Positions 18,713 through 25,262 of a stretch of DNA of 25,262 bases are shown piece by piece. The number at the start of each line of letters is the position of its first letter. Within the stretch, counting starts at the first letter, position 1. Under the pieces are notes generated by a model that was given only the letters and a program-made list of their open reading frames with translations, ran no database searches and was not told the origin of the DNA. Origin of the DNA: an uncultured archaeon (GTDB lineage Archaea; Iainarchaeota; Iainarchaeia; Iainarchaeales; CSSED10-239); contig CAZCAP010000011.1 of the NCBI GenBank assembly GCA_964496765.1, positions 1 through 25,262 of the forward strand, given 5' to 3'. Made by a program: the position numbers and the translations under genes.

Positions 18713-19335
18713 AATAATACCCTTGCATCAACAACAAATAATCCATTCTCATTAATAATTACAGGATTCAAATCAAGCTCTTTAATGTCCTTCTTGATTG
18801 CAAGAGATGAAATCTTAACAAGCAATTGAACCAGGTCCTTCGTAGGATACTTAACTCCTCTTGCTCCTGCTAAGATCTTTCCAATCTTGGATACTGTTAT
18901 CATTTTTTCTGCATCTGCTTCTGTTATTGGAAGAATCTTGAATGTTACGTCTTTGATTATTTCAGTGTATATTCCACCAATTCCAAACATAATCACTTTT
19001 CCAAAAATTGGATCTTCCTTAATTCCTATAATTAGTTCTTGACCATAAACTTGCTTTTGAAGAACAACGTTTCCTCTGATCTTTTCTTTAGTCATTAGCT
19101 TATTTAATGAATTAAAAGAAGATAATAAATCCTTTTGATGCATTAGGTTAAGATAAATTCCTTTCTTTTCCGTCTTATGTAGGAAGGATGAACTTAGCTT
19201 CAGCACATAGGGATAGTCATTTATGCTTAAATCCAAGAGATCCTTGTCCTTGTTTATTTTATTAATTCCAAGAACAAAAGGTACTTTGTTTTCTTCAAGA
19301 AATTCAATAGACTCAATAAAAGTTAGTGGTTTCAT
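18709..19335 (-). CDS. Acetate-CoA ligase (ADP-forming) beta-subunit-like ATP-grasp protein
   Basis: YPYVLKLSSSFLHKTEKKGI ... QELIIGIKEDPIFGKVIMFGIGGIYTEIIKDVTFKILPI ... IKELDLNPVIIN. Confidence 0.85.
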   Translation of the reverse strand: MKPLTFIESIEFLEENKVPFVLGINKINKDKDLLDLSINDYPYVLKLSSSFLHKTEKKGIYLNLMHQKDLLSSFNSLNKLMTKEKIRGNVVLQKQVYGQELIIGIKEDPIFGKVIMFGIGGIYTEIIKDVTFKILPITEADAEKMITVSKIGKILAGARGVKYPTKDLVQLLVKISSLAIKKDIKELDLNPVIINENGLFVVDARVLL

Positions 19336-19541
19336 ATATCTTTCACTAATATATTATATACAATAGTTATAAAATAATATTGGTTTAATAATATATAGTA
19401 TATATACAGAAAAATGAAGGAATAATTCTTGATTAATATTTTATTTATAAAATTAAAATCCAATATATCTATTTTTAGATTTAAAGAATTACCTTTTAAA
19501 AACAAAAAAACTAGTGAAATATAACAGGAAGTGAATAATAA

Positions 19542-20873
19542 ATGACACTAAAATTAAAATGCCTCGGAGCAGGATACGAAGTTGGAAGAAGTGGCTTTCT
19601 TTTAACAGGAACAAACAAGATATTGTTTGACTATGGACTTAAGCTAAGTCCCAAGTTCGAAGGAGCAGAAGAAATAATAAACGAAGATGGAGAAGCAACA
19701 ATGTCATCGGAGGATGTGGAGCAACCAATTGCTATTAAAGAGTATGTTGATGCAGTCATTCTATCCCATGCTCATCTTGATCATTCAGGAGCAATCCCAT
19801 CTTTATTTAAAACTGAATCACCAAACCTATTCCTAATGGAAGCAACCCTTGATTTGTCTAACCTATTGTGGGCAGACACACTAAAAATTGCAAAGTTTGA
19901 TAAAAAAGATCCTCCATTCCAGGAGCAACACATATTAGAAGCAAATAAATCTGCATTCTATCTAGACTATAGAAATACAGTTGATATTACAGACAATACA
20001 AAACTAACATTCTATGATGCAGGACATATTATTGGTTCAGCAATCAGTGTGGTTGAAATGGATGGTAAAAAAATAATGTACACTGGAGACTATAGATATT
20101 CAGAATCACAATTGTTTGCTGGATGTGATAAGAAGCTACCAAAGGTGGATATACTTATTACTGAATCAACCTATGGTTCTGAAAAGCACGGTCCAAGAAA
20201 GAAGGTTGAAACAGATATTATTAAAGACGTTCAGGATACCCTGAAGAGAGGAGGAACAGCAATCATTGCATCCTTTGCTATTGAAAGAGCACAGGAACTA
20301 ATCGCTCTTCTCTATAATTACAAGATTAAAGCACCAGTCTATGTTGATGGAATGGGTGTTAAAGCAACAAAAATATTCTTAGACTATAAAGATTATTTTA
20401 AGGATTATAGTAACTTTAGAAAAGCAACTGATGCAGTTAAGTTTGTTACAAAGAAAGACAGAAAACAAATTGTTGATGGTGGAAAACCAAGCGTAATCAT
20501 AACAACAGCTGGTATGCTAGAGGGTGGACCAATCATGCACTACATTAAGGAACTTGGAGATAATCCAAAGAATTCAATTATTCTCTCTGGATATCAGGTG
20601 GAAGGAACCAATGGAGATAGATTAGTTAAAACTGGGAAATTGTATATAGATGGAGAAATTTATCAACCAAGAGCACCAATTAAGAAGCATTCTCTTTCTG
20701 GACACCCAGGAGAAGATGAACTTATTGCAATCGTAAAAATGGTAAGCCCAAAAAAGATTGTATGTGTTCATGGAGATCCAATAAACATAAACAATTTTCA
20801 AAAGAAATTAAAAGAGCTTGGATATTCAACTGTTGCACCTAAGGTTGGAGAAACCATTTCTCTTGATGTTTGA
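19542..20873 (+). CDS. Metallo-beta-lactamase/beta-CASP RNA exonuclease (archaeal aCPSF2/RNase J-like)
   Basis: ILFDYGLKL, LSHAHLDHSGAIPSL, TESTYGSEKHGPR, IITTAGMLEGGP, KKHSLSGHPGEDEL, CVHGDP motifs; no N-terminal KH extension. Confidence 0.9.
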   Translation: MTLKLKCLGAGYEVGRSGFLLTGTNKILFDYGLKLSPKFEGAEEIINEDGEATMSSEDVEQPIAIKEYVDAVILSHAHLDHSGAIPSLFKTESPNLFLMEATLDLSNLLWADTLKIAKFDKKDPPFQEQHILEANKSAFYLDYRNTVDITDNTKLTFYDAGHIIGSAISVVEMDGKKIMYTGDYRYSESQLFAGCDKKLPKVDILITESTYGSEKHGPRKKVETDIIKDVQDTLKRGGTAIIASFAIERAQELIALLYNYKIKAPVYVDGMGVKATKIFLDYKDYFKDYSNFRKATDAVKFVTKKDRKQIVDGGKPSVIITTAGMLEGGPIMHYIKELGDNPKNSIILSGYQVEGTNGDRLVKTGKLYIDGEIYQPRAPIKKHSLSGHPGEDELIAIVKMVSPKKIVCVHGDPININNFQKKLKELGYSTVAPKVGETISLDV

Positions 20874-20892
20874 ATTTCAAGGATAACCTAAT

Positions 20893-21678
20893 ATGAATAG
20901 ACAATGCCCAAAATGTGGAGAAGAGATAACAGATGATAACGAGGTTTATAACTTCTGTATTGATTGCTATCTCAAGGATCATGAAATAATTGTTCTCCCA
21001 AAAATAGATCTTGTTTATTGTGTTAAATGTTCAAAGGTTAAGTATGCAGGTAAATTCTTTGATACTCTTGAAGAGGTTGAAAAAGCAATTGAAAAGCACA
21101 CAAAAATTAAAGAACTGGATACAGGTAAGCTCTCTATAAAATTAAATTTAGATTTTGAAAAAGGAGACTATTCAGTTAATGTTGTGCTTAAGGCATTGGT
21201 TGGACAAAAAGTAATAAGTGTAGAAAAAAAGGAAAGAGTTACAATTAAGAAGGAAGTATGCCAGGTTTGTTCAAGGGTTGCTGGAAACTATTTTACAACC
21301 ATTCTACAGGTTAGATTTCTTGATAAAAAAATTAAAGAACAGATTGGAAACCAAATTTACAACCAGATATATGACATGGTTGATTCAATTAATCAAAGTG
21401 GAACTAATAATCCAGATTCAACAATACACATTGTTAAGGAAGAAGTACAAAAAACTGGTGTTGATTTCTATTTAGATAACGTAAAGCAAACACACTTCAT
21501 AATGAGCTCTCTTCTAAAGAACAAATATGCAATGGATCATAAAATATCAAACACTCTTTTTGGATTAAGTAAAGAAGGACAGAGAGTGTATAGGCATACC
21601 TTTTGTATACATTTTGGAGAAAAAGAATTAGCACCTAAAGAAAGAGCAAAGCTAGAGGAAAAAGAACTTGAGGAATAG
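20893..21678 (+). CDS. NMD3-related protein
   Basis: Zn-ribbon start CPKCGEEITDDNEVYNFCIDCYLKD, ...YCVKCSKVKYAGKF, CQVCSR pattern. Confidence 0.75.
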   Translation: MNRQCPKCGEEITDDNEVYNFCIDCYLKDHEIIVLPKIDLVYCVKCSKVKYAGKFFDTLEEVEKAIEKHTKIKELDTGKLSIKLNLDFEKGDYSVNVVLKALVGQKVISVEKKERVTIKKEVCQVCSRVAGNYFTTILQVRFLDKKIKEQIGNQIYNQIYDMVDSINQSGTNNPDSTIHIVKEEVQKTGVDFYLDNVKQTHFIMSSLLKNKYAMDHKISNTLFGLSKEGQRVYRHTFCIHFGEKELAPKERAKLEEKELEE

Positions 21679-21681
21679 GTT

Positions 21682-22455
21682 ATGCAACCTAAGCTTGTTT
21701 CAAAAATAATTAAAAGATTAAAACCAAAAAGCATAGAAGAAAGATTAATAAACATAAGAAAACTTGAAAAAAATATAGGTTATAAGAAAAAACCTAAATC
21801 TCCTATTTATAGTAAAGAAGTTCCAAAAGAAGCAATAGACCATTTTTTTGAAAAGCTTGAGAACGGAACACTAAACAAATTCTATGAAGATAGAGCAAAG
21901 GATCCAAAAAAGAGTAAAAACATAAAAGAATGGATCAATAAAGGAAAAATCATTCCAGAGGTGCCAAGAATAGTTTTCCCAATAACACCTTCAGTTCTAG
22001 GAACAGTGAGAATACTTAGTAAAGGATACTTAACTGCTTATTTAAAATCAGCAACTGCATTCTATAGAACTGTTGGAGAATACAAAAATAAGTTTAATAG
22101 TTTTGAGATTCAACCAATTAATATTTTAGGAATACAAAAATTAAAAACAGGGAAATATGCTCTCCTAGAGAAAGTATATCCAGCAATGTCTATTGCAGAT
22201 CATCTTTTTTTTAGCAAAGAAGAATTAAATAGATATTATAAATCAACTATTAGATTCTTTGGAAATGAAAATTCAAAACTCACTGCAGAACATAAAGACA
22301 AACTAAGAATTGCATACAATGAGTACAAGCACAAATTTTATAAGACCGCAGACATCGCAGAAGGAAACGTGTTGGTTCTTGATTACAACCCAGGAACAAA
22401 AAAGTTCTTGTTTGGACCAATAGATTTTGTTGGACAATCTCCATCGCAATTATAA
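21682..22455 (+). CDS. Hypothetical protein, 257 aa
   Basis: Long ORF immediately after the NMD3-like gene, codon usage consistent; C-terminal NVLVLDYNPGTKKFLFGPIDFV. Confidence 0.6.
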   Translation: MQPKLVSKIIKRLKPKSIEERLINIRKLEKNIGYKKKPKSPIYSKEVPKEAIDHFFEKLENGTLNKFYEDRAKDPKKSKNIKEWINKGKIIPEVPRIVFPITPSVLGTVRILSKGYLTAYLKSATAFYRTVGEYKNKFNSFEIQPINILGIQKLKTGKYALLEKVYPAMSIADHLFFSKEELNRYYKSTIRFFGNENSKLTAEHKDKLRIAYNEYKHKFYKTADIAEGNVLVLDYNPGTKKFLFGPIDFVGQSPSQL

Positions 22456-22472
22456 TATAGGAAGATGAAAAC

Positions 22473-22955
22473 ATGCCAATTAGAGTTAAAGAAAGATTAA
22501 CCAAGATTTTTAAAAGAAAACCAAAAATGGCAATGAAAAAAATCACAACCGGTCATCACTATGAGTTCTGGATACATGATTATAAAATGAAGAGCATAGG
22601 AGATGCAAGTAAATTTCTAAAAGAGACTGATAATCAAATAAGAAAGCTATACAAGAAGGATAATCAAGCAATTATTAAAATGGCAGGTTGGATTTTCGCA
22701 GCTCACCCAGCGTTTGCAAAAAGATACAATATCCAATTTGATGCAAAAGAACAGATGGCCTGGAGAAAAGAATTTAAGAAACACATATCTCAGGTAATTT
22801 CATTTAAGCATGAACCAAAAGGAGATATCTTTACTGTTAGATTAAAAACAGGAGAAATAAAAGAGATACAATTCAAAGATATTCCTTCTCTTTATTTGTA
22901 CTTTTCAGATCCAAAAACAATAGAAACTCTAAAGGAAAATAAAATCATTTCTTGA
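22473..22955 (+). CDS. Hypothetical basic protein, 160 aa
   Basis: Closely spaced after the previous ORF; 3' end overlaps convergent AspRS gene by 11 bp. Confidence 0.6.
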   Translation: MPIRVKERLTKIFKRKPKMAMKKITTGHHYEFWIHDYKMKSIGDASKFLKETDNQIRKLYKKDNQAIIKMAGWIFAAHPAFAKRYNIQFDAKEQMAWRKEFKKHISQVISFKHEPKGDIFTVRLKTGEIKEIQFKDIPSLYLYFSDPKTIETLKENKIIS

Positions 22956-24501
22956 GTTGTAACCCAAGATCATCTAATTTTTGTTTATCAATCTCTGATG
23001 GAGAATTTTCCATTAAACCTTCTGCGGCCTTACTTTTGGGGAATGCAATTACTTCCCTAATTGAATCTTCTCCGCACAAAAGCATTACAAGTCTATCAAG
23101 CCCAAGTGCAAGCCCACCATGTGGTGGAACCCCTTTATTAAAAGCATCAAGAAGAAAACCAAAGTTAGTAATTATTTGTTCTTCATTAAGTCCTAATAAA
23201 GTAAATATCTTTCTCTGCATATCCCTATCATGTATTCTAATACTTCCACCACCAAGCTCAGTTCCATTTAGAACAATATCATAGCCTCTACTCTTCATTT
23301 TTGCTTCTTGATCATTTATGTTCTTTGGTTGGGTGAATGGATGGTGCATTGCCATAAATCTTTTTTCTGTTTCTGAGTATTCAAACATTGGAAAATCAAC
23401 AACCCACAAAAATTTATCTTCTCCCTTATTTAATCCAAGAATCTTTGCAATATCGCTTCTTACGGTACCTAGATCAATATATGGTTTGTAAATATATTCC
23501 TCTTTTGGTTTATTTACGGAAATAATCATTTTATTTTCTTCAATCTTATACTCAATAGATTTTTTATCAGAAAGATAACTAATTATTTCTGATTTATTTT
23601 CGGTCTCAAAATAAACTATTCCATTTTTTTCTTGGAATTCTAACCCACAACGAAGATCAGGTTTATCTGAACCATATTTATGGATTACTTCATCATAGGG
23701 AATTTTCATAAAAGGTTCTTTATATTCAATTCCTTTAACTTCTTTCCATATTGTTTTAAGTAATCCTTCAATAACTTCTTGAATATCCTCTTCTTCAATA
23801 AAACTCATCTCTAGGTCTATTTGTGTGAACTCTGGTTGTCTATCGGATCGTAAATCTTCATCTCTAAAGCATTTTGGGATTTGAAAATACCTATTGTATC
23901 CTGCAACCATTAATAGTTGCTTATATAACTGAGGACTTTGTGGGAGGGCATAAAACTTACCTTGATTTATTCTTGATGGCACAAGATAATCTCTTGCTCC
24001 TTCAGGGGTACTTTTACCGAGAATAGGAGTTTCTATTTCATTAAAATCAAGATTAAATAAATAATCTCTAACTATTTTTGTTATCTTTGATCTTAGGATC
24101 ATATTCTTTTGGACCTTATCAGTTCTTAAGTATAAAACTCTATTTTTCAAGATTGTTTCTTCAGTTGGATTAATTTCATTTACGTTTGTATTGTTGAATG
24201 GAACCTCTCTTGCAATGGAGTGAACAATTACTTCTGATGCAAGTAATTCTAAATCCTTTTCAGATCCTTGTTTTTTTTGTAAAACACCAATAACAGAAAT
24301 ACATGATTCTGGAGTTAAATCTTTTAATCTTGAAACAATTTCTTTATCTGTTACAACTATTTGGATCTTACCAGATAAATCACGCAATTCAATGAATGCA
24401 ATTTTGCCTAAATTTCTAAAAACATTTACCCAACCATTAAGCTTAACCTTTTGATTTAGGTCTTTTGTTCTTTCAATAATTTCTTTAATTGTATAATTCA
24501 T
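22945..24501 (-). CDS. aspS: Aspartyl-tRNA synthetase, bacterial-type, with shortened insertion (GAD) domain
   Basis: TPEGARDYLVPSR, YALPQSPQLYKQLLMVAG, RYFQIPKCFRDEDLRSDRQPEFTQIDLEMSF, YGSDKPDLRCGLE, LGLDRLVMLLCGEDSIREVIAFPK. Confidence 0.92.
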   Translation of the reverse strand: MNYTIKEIIERTKDLNQKVKLNGWVNVFRNLGKIAFIELRDLSGKIQIVVTDKEIVSRLKDLTPESCISVIGVLQKKQGSEKDLELLASEVIVHSIAREVPFNNTNVNEINPTEETILKNRVLYLRTDKVQKNMILRSKITKIVRDYLFNLDFNEIETPILGKSTPEGARDYLVPSRINQGKFYALPQSPQLYKQLLMVAGYNRYFQIPKCFRDEDLRSDRQPEFTQIDLEMSFIEEEDIQEVIEGLLKTIWKEVKGIEYKEPFMKIPYDEVIHKYGSDKPDLRCGLEFQEKNGIVYFETENKSEIISYLSDKKSIEYKIEENKMIISVNKPKEEYIYKPYIDLGTVRSDIAKILGLNKGEDKFLWVVDFPMFEYSETEKRFMAMHHPFTQPKNINDQEAKMKSRGYDIVLNGTELGGGSIRIHDRDMQRKIFTLLGLNEEQIITNFGFLLDAFNKGVPPHGGLALGLDRLVMLLCGEDSIREVIAFPKSKAAEGLMENSPSEIDKQKLDDLGLQLKK

Positions 24502-24541
24502 ACTTAATCACTAAATAATATAGATACAATATATTTATATA

Positions 24542-25147
24542 TTATTTTAAAATTGTTATTTCTTCAACCCAAAAAACTTCACAAGCACCAGGTCCATCAT
24601 CAGTTCTTGTAAGTGAGGAATTAATTAGCCATCCAGAATCTGATTGGACGTTTACTAAATAACCTTTTATATTTACAATATCATTCTTATTTACTTTTCT
24701 TAATTGCCTTTGAATGGATTTATCATCTGTTAACAGGTGCACATTTGCACTACTTTCTGTTGCTTCTTTTACAGTAATTAATTGATAATTATTTTTAAAA
24801 TGCCATAAATAGAATCTAGTGTATTGTATAACGGATATATCTTTTACAATATTATAATCAGACATTTTATTCCAACCAAGCGCAAAATCAAATTTAGATA
24901 ATTTTGACATTTTATCATTATATTTTTTAGTACTTAAAACTCTTGCAGTAATATCATATTCTGCAACTTTTGTGATTGTATATGCTCCTGTTTTAAAAGA
25001 ATCTAAAGCATCTAAGTTCTTTTGATAAGGATCTAGGTTTACAACTACATCTTGATTTTTATTAAAAGAAGGATAAATAAACAAAAAAATTAAAACTAAA
25101 ATAATTATTATAATTAATAGGTTTAGAAATTTCATTTTAAAAAACAC
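24542..25147 (-). CDS. Hypothetical membrane-anchored protein, 201 aa
   Basis: Single N-terminal TM (LLIIIIILVLIFLFIYPSF) and extracellular-type domain ending TRTDDGPGACEVFWVEEI. Confidence 0.6.
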   Translation of the reverse strand: MFFKMKFLNLLIIIIILVLIFLFIYPSFNKNQDVVVNLDPYQKNLDALDSFKTGAYTITKVAEYDITARVLSTKKYNDKMSKLSKFDFALGWNKMSDYNIVKDISVIQYTRFYLWHFKNNYQLITVKEATESSANVHLLTDDKSIQRQLRKVNKNDIVNIKGYLVNVQSDSGWLINSSLTRTDDGPGACEVFWVEEITILK

Positions 25148-25186
25148 TCAAAATATATTAATATTTTAAATTAATCTTAAATAAAG

Positions 25187-25261
25187 CAGACCGGGTGGGA
25201 TTCGAACCCACGATCTCAAGCTTAGGAGGCTTGCATACTATCCAGGCTGTACTACCGGTCT
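25187..25261 (-). tRNA. tRNA-Arg, anticodon CCU
   Basis: Minus strand folds: acceptor AGACCGG/CCGGTCT, D-stem GTAC/GTAT, anticodon stem CAAGC-CTCCTAA-GCTTG, T-stem GTGGG-TTCGAAT-CCCAC, discriminator G; CCA not encoded. Confidence 0.93.
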
Positions 25262-25262
25262 A

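Noticed and set aside
22952-23284. 110-aa plus-strand ORF opposite aspS
   Set aside because: Antisense to highly conserved synthetase motifs; a shadow ORF.

Overview
AT-rich archaeal window, probably from a small-genome DPANN-type lineage (inferred from gene content: NMD3-like protein, aCPSF-like beta-CASP nuclease, class III signal peptides, FlaI/FlaJ/A24 machinery). Left third (1-9.8 kb): a cluster of pilin-like, class-III-signal-peptide surface proteins with chitobiase-C-terminal-like (CHB_HEX) repeats and lectin/adhesin-like C-termini. A small island with an AbiEi/AbiEii-type toxin-antitoxin pair and an AAA/DUF4143 ATPase sits inside it, with a 69-bp exact direct repeat before each unit. 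Middle (10.3-16.6 kb): a type IV pilus/archaellum-like assembly operon with two separate T2SF membrane proteins, an A24 prepilin peptidase, and a 1132-aa FlaI/GspE homologue whose ATPase motifs look destroyed. Right part (16.6-25.3 kb): mostly core genes (PHP, DHH, acyl-CoA synthetase beta-like, beta-CASP RNase, NMD3-like, bacterial-type AspRS, tRNA-Arg(CCU)) plus some hypotheticals. Most notable: (1) the degenerate secretion ATPase with a huge low-complexity N-terminus; (2) a giant pilin-anchored adhesin ORF interrupted by one in-frame TAA; (3) a frameshifted pilin 5' remnant beside the TA/ATPase island, suggesting the island replaced a pilin gene body; (4) 69-bp operator/promoter-like duplicated repeats. 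All family calls are from recognised sequence motifs; no database search was run.
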